Shown: in pieces, positions 6,184 to 14,580 of the stretch
Position numbering within the stretch: position 1 is the stretch's first letter
Layout: each line of letters begins with the position of its first letter
Virus record (IMG/VR): IMGVR_UViG_3300028888_000136
Source: an uncultured virus (IMG/VR IMGVR_UViG_3300028888_000136)
Taxonomy: Duplodnaviria > Heunggongvirae > Uroviricota > Caudoviricetes
Direction: 5' to 3' (one strand)
DNA: 20,000 nt
The notes under the pieces: model-generated
The model's input: only the letters and a program-made list of their open reading frames with translations
What the model was told of the DNA's origin: nothing
The model's database searches: none
Translations under genes and position numbers: made by a program

Positions 6184-7152
6184 TTACGAAAGAAGCTTTT
6201 CATTGGCCTCGAACAGTTTTTCAACGGGAATATCACCAAGATAATTGTCGGTAATACCAAGAGAATGGCCTAAATTGCGTTCGATTATCGCATAATTGAC
6301 ACCCTCTCCGTTAAGAATAGTGCAATAACTGTGTCTGGCGAAACAGAAAGAACAGTCACTTCGTAAACCAAGTTTGCTGGCCACTTTTTTAAGCACTTTG
6401 CTGGCGTATGTGTTTATGTACATAACCCTCAAATCCACAGCGTCATCATCGTTGATGTCTGTGTCGTTCAGAAAGCTGCCGAAAACAAGACCACCGTTGT
6501 TTACCTCATCGCCAATCTCGTCAATGACAATTGATAGTTTTTCCGTTACAGGGACGCGCACATAGGCTCCGCTCGAATTCCTAACCTTGTGCCTGTGGAA
6601 ACCAAGTGTTTTCCCTCCACTGTTGCGCCATTCGTCATCATACCTCATACGTAGCAAATCGGCAGCGTTGCAACCGTTGCAGAGATAGCTGGCGAAGAAT
6701 ATCCCAAGCCACCTTTTCTCTCCATTTGACTTTTCAAGACCAATCCAGTAGTCCCACAGTTTCTGTATGTCATCTTTTGAAAAATAACTACCCTGACGCT
6801 TTCTTGGCTTTTCAAGCTTCACTTTGTCAAGCTCATATGATTTTGAGCGGGTGAGCTTTGCATCGCCATAGAACACACCTATGTACTGTCCATAATTCAC
6901 TATGGACTGCAAAAGGGCGAAATAGGTTTTGATTGTTGATGCTGATTTCCTCTCGCTTTTCATCAGGTTATGCAGCCTTGTGGCAAAAGCTGGATTGACA
7001 TCCTTCATCTGGACTATCCCGTAATGGCTTTCGATGTAGTGGATGATTGTCCTGTAATTGCGGTAGGAAGAACGGCCTTCCGCCTTCATTACCAGCATTT
7101 TCTCTGTCAGCAGCTCGTTGAGTGAGCGATTCTGTTTTTTTGTCCTTTTCAT
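6184..7152 (-). CDS. tyrosine recombinase / integrase, Bacteroidales type
   Basis: SAM-like core-binding region (SASTIKTYFALLQSIVNYG), then SYLCNGCNAADLL, FHRHKVR...VRVPV, FARHSYCTIL, LGHS, TDNYL (catalytic Tyr); ATG at 7152 or GTG at 7158. Confidence 0.9.
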   Translation of the reverse strand: MKRTKKQNRSLNELLTEKMLVMKAEGRSSYRNYRTIIHYIESHYGIVQMKDVNPAFATRLHNLMKSERKSASTIKTYFALLQSIVNYGQYIGVFYGDAKLTRSKSYELDKVKLEKPRKRQGSYFSKDDIQKLWDYWIGLEKSNGEKRWLGIFFASYLCNGCNAADLLRMRYDDEWRNSGGKTLGFHRHKVRNSSGAYVRVPVTEKLSIVIDEIGDEVNNGGLVFGSFLNDTDINDDDAVDLRVMYINTYASKVLKKVASKLGLRSDCSFCFARHSYCTILNGEGVNYAIIERNLGHSLGITDNYLGDIPVEKLFEANEKLLS

Positions 7153-7306
7153 TTGCACATTTTTTGGTTAAGTTTATACTCGTAACTATTTGATTTTCAA
7201 ATATGCCCGCCATTTTGATGCTGGCAAGACGAAATAATCCATATATTTCCCTCGCACAATCCATCTTATTGAATCAGAGGTAATTAAACCCTGATTAGTA
7301 ATTTAC

Positions 7307-7331
7307 ACCACCCAAAAAGGGTGGTTTTTTT
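7307..7331 (+). terminator. intrinsic terminator-like hairpin
   Basis: ACCACCC-AAAAA-GGGTGGT followed by a T-tract. Confidence 0.65.
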
Positions 7332-7337
7332 GTGCCG

Positions 7338-7370
7338 CAAAGATACAAAAAAAATCCAAACTAGGTCAAA
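7338..7370 (-). promoter_or_regulatory. Bacteroidota sigma-A promoter driving the recombinase
   Basis: Minus strand TTTG (7370-7367), 21-bp spacer, TATCTTTG (7345-7338): full -33/-7 consensus. Confidence 0.7.
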
Positions 7371-7423
7371 AAAAAGAGAACTCCCGAAGAAAAGCTGCAA
7401 ATAGTAGAAAACTTCATCAAACA

Positions 7424-7798
7424 ATGGGAACACATTATACAAAGAAAAGAAGACAGGAGCTCAAAGAACAATTCCTGCAATATTATGACGAGAGCAAGGC
7501 TATGCAGGCTACATCAGCCGAAAGGATAGGTGTTACTGGAAGGACGATTGAAAACTGGAGAAAAAGCGATGAGGAGTTCAATGAGAAGATGAGCGAAATA
7601 GAGAAAAAGTGGGGTGAATGGGTAAAAGGCAAACTGATGACTTTGATTGAGAACAATAATGTCAGTGCCATCATATTCTATTGCAAAACGCGCCTTGGTT
7701 TTTCCGAGAAGAAAGAAGTTGAGGTTTCCACTAAAAAATCAATTGACGTAGAGAAAGCATTGGAGGATATTAAAAAGACACTTGGAGAGGAGGACTAA
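7424..7798 (+). CDS. terS: terminase small subunit
   Basis: HTH (SAERIGVTGRTIENWRKSDEEF) and SAIIFYCKTRLGFSEK motif; abuts terL. Confidence 0.85.
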   Translation: MGTHYTKKRRQELKEQFLQYYDESKAMQATSAERIGVTGRTIENWRKSDEEFNEKMSEIEKKWGEWVKGKLMTLIENNNVSAIIFYCKTRLGFSEKKEVEVSTKKSIDVEKALEDIKKTLGEED

Positions 7799-8989
7799 AT
7801 GGAACTTAGCATTCCAAAGAAATATTTGAAATTCTTCGTATCCAATTTGAAATCAAGGCATTTGGTTATACAGGGGTCGCGTAGGTCAGCGAAAACTTGG
7901 TCTGTGCTGCAATACCTTTTTCTTTTGGCGAGCGGAGCAGAAAGGGAGGACATATTGGTTGTTTCTCCGTCATATCCGAGCCTGCAAAACACCATACAGG
8001 ACTTTATGCAGTCAACTGGAATGGTTGTAGAGGGAAGCCAGATATACGGTTTCCATTGCAGACTGGAGAACGGCTCGATATTCAGATTCGTATCATACGA
8101 CCGAAAAGAAAAGGCGCAAGGCACAAAATGCTCATATCTATTTGTAGATGAGGCACTTTCGGTTGACGAAGGTATAATAAGCACTTTGAGTATGTCCGTA
8201 AGCAAACAGATTTTTTTCGCATACAACCCAACGAAGAAAAGCTTCCTTGACAAGTATATAGACAAGGATAAGAAGAATTTCATTCTTACATCCTACCTTG
8301 ACAATGAGTATCTTCCAGAGGAACAAAAAGAAGAATTTCGGCTTATTAAGGACCGCGCTTTGTCTCCAACTGCCACTACATTAGATAGATACAACTATTT
8401 TGTCTATGTACTTGGAGAATTTTCCTCAATGGCTGGAAAGGTATTCAAAGAGATATGGAATATGACCGATGATGAATACAAAGATATAAGAGCCACAGAA
8501 ATATACGGCCTTGACTTCGGATTTGTTGACAACAACGACAAGACTGTTCTGATAGGAGCGAAGATATTCAACAACTGCCTGTATCTAAAGGAATACATAT
8601 TCTCAAACACACTGTCAAAGGATTATGATTTGGCTTGGGCGCTTGTTGACGCAGGAATAACACCTTATGACATAATAGCTGCCGACTACGGTGGAATGGG
8701 AAAATCAAGGCTTACCAACCTCATCACAGCAAACAACGGTGAATGGGCCGAAAACCCCATAAACAAAGGTTTCAATGTATGCAACGCCGTAAAAGGAAGG
8801 GTTATTGACGGCATACAAAAAATGCAGCAGTTTGAAAGAATATATGTCACTGAAAACTCCATAAATATGAGGGAAGAATTCGACAGATACGAACTCAACG
8901 AGGAGGGAAAAGAGGTTTCTAAACATCAAAACTGTGTTGACGCTGCCAGATACGCAACGACCACAATGTTGGCTATGGGATATAAATAA
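7799..8989 (+). CDS. terL: terminase large subunit, PBSX-like
   Basis: Walker A VIQGSRRSAKT, Walker B LFVDEA, coupling motif YNP, nuclease motifs GLDFGF and NCVDAARY. Confidence 0.93.
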   Translation: MELSIPKKYLKFFVSNLKSRHLVIQGSRRSAKTWSVLQYLFLLASGAEREDILVVSPSYPSLQNTIQDFMQSTGMVVEGSQIYGFHCRLENGSIFRFVSYDRKEKAQGTKCSYLFVDEALSVDEGIISTLSMSVSKQIFFAYNPTKKSFLDKYIDKDKKNFILTSYLDNEYLPEEQKEEFRLIKDRALSPTATTLDRYNYFVYVLGEFSSMAGKVFKEIWNMTDDEYKDIRATEIYGLDFGFVDNNDKTVLIGAKIFNNCLYLKEYIFSNTLSKDYDLAWALVDAGITPYDIIAADYGGMGKSRLTNLITANNGEWAENPINKGFNVCNAVKGRVIDGIQKMQQFERIYVTENSINMREEFDRYELNEEGKEVSKHQNCVDAARYATTTMLAMGYK

Positions 8990-9043
8990 CGGACAGTTCT
9001 TTATGCTTTCTGACAAATAAACTATGAAAAGAAAATTTGAATT

Positions 9044-9496
9044 ATGTTAATAACAACGAACGATATATACGACAGCGGCCTTTCTGTTTCAACCGAGATT
9101 TCAGAGGCCAGTGTGGAGAGAGCGATAAAAACAGCCGAGCAGTATATGGTAAGACCGAGACTTACGGATGCCATATACATTGAATTTGTAAATGGCGAAC
9201 ACACTGACCTTTTCAACGGTGGTGTAGTTGGTACGAATTATGTGGCAGGATTGAAAGAGGCAATAATTGAATTGTCATTTGCCGTCCTTTTGCACCAGTC
9301 CATCAATGCAACGACATTCGGGAGTGTTGTGAAAGTTGACGATTATTCCAAATACGCTGGTTATGACAACATAGCTGAAGAGGCAAAGAGACATATAGAG
9401 ATAGGTTTGGCTTATTTGAATGAAATCACACATCTCCTTGGTATAAAAGAAGAGGACCAGATTTTGAATAATTTCTCAAACGAGGAATTCATATAA
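9044..9496 (+). CDS. putative head-tail adaptor / virion protein (DUF6712-like)
   Basis: MLIT...ERAIKTAEQYMVRPRL...GG...AGLKEAIIELSFA...TTFGSVVK pattern, which I associate with Bacteroidales phage structural genes. Confidence 0.55.
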   Translation: MLITTNDIYDSGLSVSTEISEASVERAIKTAEQYMVRPRLTDAIYIEFVNGEHTDLFNGGVVGTNYVAGLKEAIIELSFAVLLHQSINATTFGSVVKVDDYSKYAGYDNIAEEAKRHIEIGLAYLNEITHLLGIKEEDQILNNFSNEEFI

Positions 9497-9567
9497 TGCT
9501 CTGGAGACTTTGGATAAAAATAAACTGGTTAATGTACCAGTGCTATAGATTACCTATTGCGATATGA
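9496..9567 (+). CDS. 23-aa mini-ORF MLWRLWIKINWLMYQCYRLPIAI (not in the ORF track)
   Basis: Starts in a TAATG overlap with the upstream stop and ends in an ATGA overlap with the holin start. Confidence 0.55.
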   Translation: MLWRLWIKINWLMYQCYRLPIAI

Positions 9568-9884
9568 AGGAAATAGTGAAGGATTTGATTTTCGGGATGC
9601 CTTGGTATTCATACGTTACGCTTTTTTTTGTGATAGCAATGACAACAACAGCTTTCTTTCTACCACCAATTGCAATTGTCGATAAATCAATACTTTATAC
9701 TGGCGCACTCCTTCTTGGCTTTAACTGGTTGATGTTCATAACCATCAACATACCGACATTCATAGAGAAGGGTGCAAGAATAAGGGCCACTTGGGGTGAC
9801 AAGAAAATAGAGATAGGAAAAGAAAATAAATTTGAAAACAAAGATACAGATAATGAATATGACCAAGACAATCAAGATAGTTAG
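9564..9884 (+). CDS. putative holin (two TM segments, charged C-terminal tail)
   Basis: Hydrophobic YVTLFFVIAMTTTAFFLPPIAIVDKSILYTGALLLGF, then a charged tail. Confidence 0.65.
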   Translation: MKEIVKDLIFGMPWYSYVTLFFVIAMTTTAFFLPPIAIVDKSILYTGALLLGFNWLMFITINIPTFIEKGARIRATWGDKKIEIGKENKFENKDTDNEYDQDNQDS

Positions 9885-10203
9885 CATAGCTATAGAGGCG
9901 GTACTTATAGCCGTTTTCATCATCCTGTGTGTCGCTGTTGGAGTGAAGAACAGACATATTAAGGAATACAAGGCAACGATAGCCGCACAAACGACTCAAA
10001 TAGACAGCCTACAGTCAAGATGCGACAGATACGGACAGATGGAAGGAATCAGCGTGTCAACCACATTCGTAATCAACAACAAAAACATTATGTCGGTGAA
10101 CACCAATGCCGTTTCAAATGTTACCAGAAACTACGCTGTAATGACAAAAGAGGAAGTCCTCAAAGCAATTGACAGCCTGAATAATGTAAACAAGAATCAG
10201 TAA
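9853..10203 (+). CDS. membrane-anchored coiled-coil protein, Rz/i-spanin-like
   Basis: N-terminal TM (IVSIAIEAVLIAVFIILCVAVGV) followed by a heptad-like helix; overlaps the holin; start at 9853 or 9859. Confidence 0.5.
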   Translation: MNMTKTIKIVSIAIEAVLIAVFIILCVAVGVKNRHIKEYKATIAAQTTQIDSLQSRCDRYGQMEGISVSTTFVINNKNIMSVNTNAVSNVTRNYAVMTKEEVLKAIDSLNNVNKNQ

Positions 10204-10206
10204 TTT

Positions 10207-11277
10207 ATGGGATTATTTAGCAACAGGAAACAAGAGAATCCGAACATAATCAAAAATGCGGTCCAGATAAACGATGTTGACCCAGCTGCTGTGGCAAGAC
10301 CGTTTTCTTTCAATTTCTGGAAGAAGGGCAAAGCCAACTATTCGAGGATGATATGGTACATCATTCTGACCAGACTGTTCAACGGACTGAAGAATATTAG
10401 CTGGAAGACCCAGAAAATCCATTACACCGCTATGGATGTGATTTCATTCATAGAGAAAAACGCTGAGGTTTTGGTTTACCACTATCTAAAAAACGGTTTC
10501 GCTTGCGTCATAGTTGAGAAGAGCGGAAACATCAGATTGCCTCAGACTAACGAATTGAAACTGGACAGCAAATTGCGAGTGCTCAATCGCAATGCTGTTT
10601 GCATTTACAGTGACCCTTATACCATTGAGAACACATCGCACTATATGTTGTCTTTGCCGTACTTGTTGGATATCGATGACAGTTTGAATAATTCAAATTT
10701 CATAGGAAACCAGCAAGGTCTGTTCGGAATTCTCTCAGGAAAGGGGATGCCTATGTCACCAGCAGCCAAAACCGATTTCCAGAAAATGTTGAAAAAGGAT
10801 TATGGCTTCAACGAGGAACAATACCAATTCATTATATCCAACAACGAGGTTGACTGGACACCAATCCAAATCCCTGTTGACAAATTGCAGTTTGACGAAA
10901 AGACGGTTAACGATTTCAAATGGTTGTGCAACTTGTACGGCCTGAATCCAGATTTCTTCTTGGGCGGCAGTACATTCAGTAACCAAAGCGAGGCAGTTCG
11001 CTCCTTCTACAGAAATGCCGTAGTGCCGTTGGCTGAGGTCCTGTTGAGATTGGCAAGGGGGATTTTCATCTATGTCAACACCGATATGGAACCGAGCACA
11101 ATCATTACTTACGATTTGAGTAACGTACCAGAATTCGATGACACACTGTCAAACAAATGTGCAGAGAAGAAAGCGTATCTGGATTATTTGTTAGCGCTAC
11201 GGGACGCTGGTGTGGATATTTCTATTGACCTGAAGAAACTGTACGAGTCAAGCAAGGATATGCTGACAGATGTATAA
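10207..11277 (+). CDS. portal protein (HK97-like)
   Basis: 356 aa immediately before the prohead protease; YLKNGFA, GILS, WTPI, LCNLYGLNPDFF, TFSNQSEAVRSFYRNAVVPLA fit the portal pattern. Confidence 0.85.
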   Translation: MGLFSNRKQENPNIIKNAVQINDVDPAAVARPFSFNFWKKGKANYSRMIWYIILTRLFNGLKNISWKTQKIHYTAMDVISFIEKNAEVLVYHYLKNGFACVIVEKSGNIRLPQTNELKLDSKLRVLNRNAVCIYSDPYTIENTSHYMLSLPYLLDIDDSLNNSNFIGNQQGLFGILSGKGMPMSPAAKTDFQKMLKKDYGFNEEQYQFIISNNEVDWTPIQIPVDKLQFDEKTVNDFKWLCNLYGLNPDFFLGGSTFSNQSEAVRSFYRNAVVPLAEVLLRLARGIFIYVNTDMEPSTIITYDLSNVPEFDDTLSNKCAEKKAYLDYLLALRDAGVDISIDLKKLYESSKDMLTDV

Positions 11278-11304
11278 ATAATCAATTATAATTTATATTG
11301 AAAA

Positions 11305-11868
11305 ATGGAAAAAAACTTTATATCACAGACATTCAAGATTGAAAACGCTGCTAAAGATGACAATGGATTGAAAGTGGAAGGCTTCTGCTGCCATTACAAT
11401 CAGCGTAATTTAAACGGAGAGATGGTTGATGACAATAGCTACAAAGCGTTTTTCACCCTTTACAACGAAGGCAAATTGAAACCTCATTTCAATTGGAATC
11501 ATACTGATATGATTATCGGTGGAATAGATACCATAGAATCCAAAGACAAAGGGCTTTACATAAGTTGCCATTTGAACAACGATGTGGCACTGGTGAGGGA
11601 TATGATTGCCCCAAATATACTCGCTGGAGACCTTGATTCATTCTCAACGGAAGAGAGTCCGCTTAACGGATATGAAGATATTGTACAACTTAAGGATAAC
11701 GGTTTCTATTTGAAGAACGCAATATTGAGAGGTGTGGCAATTGTCTCAATCCCAGCCGACTGGACAGCAAAGTTCACAGTTGCCAATTATCTTAAGGAAC
11801 TTGGTGTTGAACTTGAAAACAAGAAGGATGAAATAGAGAAAAACAGAAAATGGTATTTGTTTTCATAA
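11305..11868 (+). CDS. prohead (head maturation) protease, HK97 family
   Basis: VEGFCCHYN...NGEMV...WNH...IGG...GLYI...LDSFS...GVAIVSIPAD: His and Ser catalytic motifs. Confidence 0.88.
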   Translation: MEKNFISQTFKIENAAKDDNGLKVEGFCCHYNQRNLNGEMVDDNSYKAFFTLYNEGKLKPHFNWNHTDMIIGGIDTIESKDKGLYISCHLNNDVALVRDMIAPNILAGDLDSFSTEESPLNGYEDIVQLKDNGFYLKNAILRGVAIVSIPADWTAKFTVANYLKELGVELENKKDEIEKNRKWYLFS

Positions 11869-11896
11869 CAGCGGGCTTGGCTCAAAGTTATGAGAT

Positions 11897-11970
11897 GGGC
11901 GAGTAGCTCAGTTGGCAGAGCATCTGGTTTGCAACCAGAGGGTCGTGGGTTCAAATCCCACCTGCGTCCA
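11897..11970 (+). tRNA. tRNA-Ala(TGC), extra G in the acceptor stem, CCA not encoded
   Basis: D arm GCTC/GAGC; anticodon arm TCTGG-TTTGCAA-CCAGA (TGC at 11930-11932); T arm GTGGG-TTCAAAT-CCCAC; acceptor GGGCGAG/CT(G)CGTCC with G3:U70 and A73. Confidence 0.9.
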
Positions 11971-12075
11971 CATAAAAACATATCAGAAAACAAATTAACA
12001 GGCAGAACTGCCATAGCTCTAACTATAAACAAGTAGAGATTATTTGTAACAATAACTTAATAAACAAAAACAACA

Positions 12076-13344
12076 ATGAAAGAGACTTTCAAACTTTTCA
12101 TACAGAATTCAATTGAAGAGAAACAGAAGTTGCTCGTTTCAAACTCAATTAATGAGGAGGACAAAGCCCTTATTCAAGAACAAATCGATAACTTGACCGC
12201 TATGGTGGAAAAAGTTGACGCTCTTGAAGACGGTGAAAAAGCCAACGAAGCTATTGAGGACCTGAAACAAACCGTTGCTGAAATGGCTGAGAAACTTGTT
12301 TCTATCAATGAGAAATTAAATCAAAAAGAAGAGAATAACGAAACAGAAATCGAAAAAGAAATGGAATACTTACAGACTAAAAACAGCGTCAACGATTTTG
12401 TTGCCGCTATCAAAAACTCCAGAAATGGCGAAGAGCTGAAAGCCAACTGGAATGAAATGCTTGTCAAGAACGGCATCACTTTTGAGGATGGAGAGGAATT
12501 CGCTTATCTTCCTGATTACGTTCGCGGTAAAATCTCCGACCTCTGGGAAAAAGGAGCTGGATTTTTAAGCTCTTTAAGAAACAGCGGAGCAAAGCGTTTT
12601 GTAGTTCGCCACAACAACAGCGACAAGAACGCAGAAACCTCAAGAGCAAAAGGTTGGAAAAAGGGCGACACCAAAGTCGGTCAAAGCATCGTTTTGGGTG
12701 CAAAGACCATCAACCCTCAGTTCATCTACAAACTTATTGACATTGACAAACAAACCGAGTTCGAGGATGACGGTTCATTACTTGACTATGTTTTGGAAGA
12801 GCTTGTAAATCAGCTACTTAGCGAGGAACGTCGTGCCATATTGGTTGGTGATGGGCGTGCTGCTGACAGCGATTATAAAATCACCTCTTTTGAGACTATT
12901 GCAAAGGACACCACAGACGCTTACACAACTGTTATGACAGCTTCCGAAACCTTCCTGATAGACGATATTCGCAAGATGGGTGACGAACTGAACAACGAGG
13001 ATAACAAGGATGTGTTCTTGTTCATCTCAAAGGCTGATTTCCGTACACTTGCAAGAGTGCAGGCTTCAGAAACCTCAACTCCTATCTATATGAGTGACGA
13101 GCAAGTTGCTGAAATGTGCGGTGTCACGAAGATTTTCAAAACCGATTTACTTGGTGGCGAATCCGACTACAAAGCCCTTATGATGATTCCTTCCGAATAT
13201 GTTTTGGTCGGTGCTAATGTTTTGAATCCTGAACTTACCACTCAACACAACATTTACACAAACAACACTGCATACAGAGTTGAATGTCCCGCTGGCGGTG
13301 GTATAAACGGTTTGAAATCAACTGTTTGTCTTAAAAACGCTTAA
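12076..13344 (+). CDS. major capsid protein (HK97 fold, N-terminal coiled-coil delta domain)
   Basis: Follows portal and protease; about 100-aa acidic coiled coil, then AYLP...KK...IYK...EERRAILVGDGR. Confidence 0.9.
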   Translation: MKETFKLFIQNSIEEKQKLLVSNSINEEDKALIQEQIDNLTAMVEKVDALEDGEKANEAIEDLKQTVAEMAEKLVSINEKLNQKEENNETEIEKEMEYLQTKNSVNDFVAAIKNSRNGEELKANWNEMLVKNGITFEDGEEFAYLPDYVRGKISDLWEKGAGFLSSLRNSGAKRFVVRHNNSDKNAETSRAKGWKKGDTKVGQSIVLGAKTINPQFIYKLIDIDKQTEFEDDGSLLDYVLEELVNQLLSEERRAILVGDGRAADSDYKITSFETIAKDTTDAYTTVMTASETFLIDDIRKMGDELNNEDNKDVFLFISKADFRTLARVQASETSTPIYMSDEQVAEMCGVTKIFKTDLLGGESDYKALMMIPSEYVLVGANVLNPELTTQHNIYTNNTAYRVECPAGGGINGLKSTVCLKNA

Positions 13345-13380
13345 TCAACCATAAACAACACGATATAATTTATAGCTGAC

Positions 13381-13406
13381 GGTGGGTGAAGTCGTAGTAG
13401 CCCACC
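13381..13406 (+). other. intergenic RNA hairpin after the capsid gene
   Basis: GGTGGGT-GAA-GTCGT-AGTA-GCCCACC; no U-tract. Confidence 0.5.
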
Positions 13407-13444
13407 ATTATTAAAGAATAATCAAAAACAAAACATATACTAAA

Positions 13445-14059
13445 ATGGGAAAATGTGATAAATTCATAGAAACCTGTATCAAAGCCGACTGCAAGAAACC
13501 GCCTTTCACTGGTGTAGAGGAAAAGGCTTGGATTTTCAACAGAGCAGAATGGTTGGAACCCACTTGGAATGCTTCTAACCCCAACCTTATTGATGCCATC
13601 AACTTGGCTGACGGTGCAACTGGTTACACTGTAAACCAATTGGGCAAGACCCCTTACACTGGGACCACTGTGGAATTAGTGGAGGGAGCGTTTGGCAATA
13701 CTTTCACAAGTACGGTACAATTTTTGGTACCTGACAACTCTGCGGCTGCTTCATCTGGAATTTTGGACCAACTTGCTGGTGGTAAGTTCGTTATGATTCT
13801 AGCTAACTCCTATGCGGGTTCGGATTCAAAGTCAAGATACCAAGTGTTCGGTGTCAACAAAGGTTTAAGCTGTACAGCTATGACCAACGACAAATACAAT
13901 GCTGACGCTCTCGGTGGATGGCAAGTCACTTTGACTGAGGAAGCTGGCGGTGGCTCTGCTTATTTCCTCTATCACGAGACTCAACAAGGTGTTGACGACA
14001 CTCTTGACTATATCGGCACCAAAACCGACAACTGCGGTCAGGATGAAAACAACGGCTAA
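13445..14059 (+). CDS. major tail (tube) protein
   Basis: 204 aa, beta-rich; C...I.ADC...GVEEKAWIFNR...FTSTVQF...YQVFG...GL...GGWQVTLTE pattern; followed by a strong terminator. Confidence 0.7.
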   Translation: MGKCDKFIETCIKADCKKPPFTGVEEKAWIFNRAEWLEPTWNASNPNLIDAINLADGATGYTVNQLGKTPYTGTTVELVEGAFGNTFTSTVQFLVPDNSAAASSGILDQLAGGKFVMILANSYAGSDSKSRYQVFGVNKGLSCTAMTNDKYNADALGGWQVTLTEEAGGGSAYFLYHETQQGVDDTLDYIGTKTDNCGQDENNG

Positions 14060-14084
14060 TAACCGATACAGTAAACAAACAAAC

Positions 14085-14124
14085 AACCACATTCTATCAA
14101 TTTAGGATGTGGTTCTTTTTTTTT
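14085..14124 (+). terminator. intrinsic terminator
   Basis: AACCACATTCTA/TAGGATGTGGTT, then C and T9. Confidence 0.85.
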
Positions 14125-14179
14125 ATAAAGAACTGCTTTGCATTTGACGGCAATAAGGTAGAAAACATTTTCAAAGATT

Positions 14180-14569
14180 ATGACCAAAGAAGAGATGATT
14201 GAAAAAATAAAAGGCGTGAAAAGCCCTAACAATGAGATTAAGACAATATATTCTGTTCTTGACGAGCTTGGTGTCAAGTACAAGAAGACAACCTGTCCAA
14301 AATGCAGAAAAGACCTTTACAATATCGCCCTCGAAGAGCTTGGTATGATTAAAAGCGCGGCTGAAAAGAGCGATTTCAACAAAGTCCCAGATGACGCTGA
14401 ATACAGGTTCATCAGGAAGACAGGGACAGTATGGAAAGGTAAACTGTACGACCAGAACACACCTGTTGAAATGATAAGGGAATTCGTAAAACATTTCCCT
14501 GTCGGTTTCTACGAGAAAATAGAAAAGAAAGAACCTCAACAAGAGGAAACAATAAATAACAAAGAGTAA
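14180..14569 (+). CDS. hypothetical protein with CxxC (possible tail assembly factor)
   Basis: 129 aa, TTCPKCRKD; positioned directly after the tail tube gene. Confidence 0.7.
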   Translation: MTKEEMIEKIKGVKSPNNEIKTIYSVLDELGVKYKKTTCPKCRKDLYNIALEELGMIKSAAEKSDFNKVPDDAEYRFIRKTGTVWKGKLYDQNTPVEMIREFVKHFPVGFYEKIEKKEPQQEETINNKE

Positions 14570-14580
14570 TTTATATTAAA

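Noticed and set aside
6162..7345. GC(G/C)GCAAAGATA direct repeats as ends of a mobile element
   Set aside because: Both are explained as the reverse complement of the Bacteroidota -7 promoter consensus.
9853..10203. Embedded o-spanin (Rz1-like) lipoprotein
   Set aside because: I saw no alternate-frame ORF with a signal peptide and lipobox.
11787..12032. 81-aa minus-strand ORF
   Set aside because: It is the antisense reading of the tRNA (WDLNPRPSGCKPDALPTEL is a typical tRNA shadow).
13375..13410. Hammerhead ribozyme (CTGAC...GAA)
   Set aside because: Lacks the CUGANGA and GAAA core and the three-stem junction.
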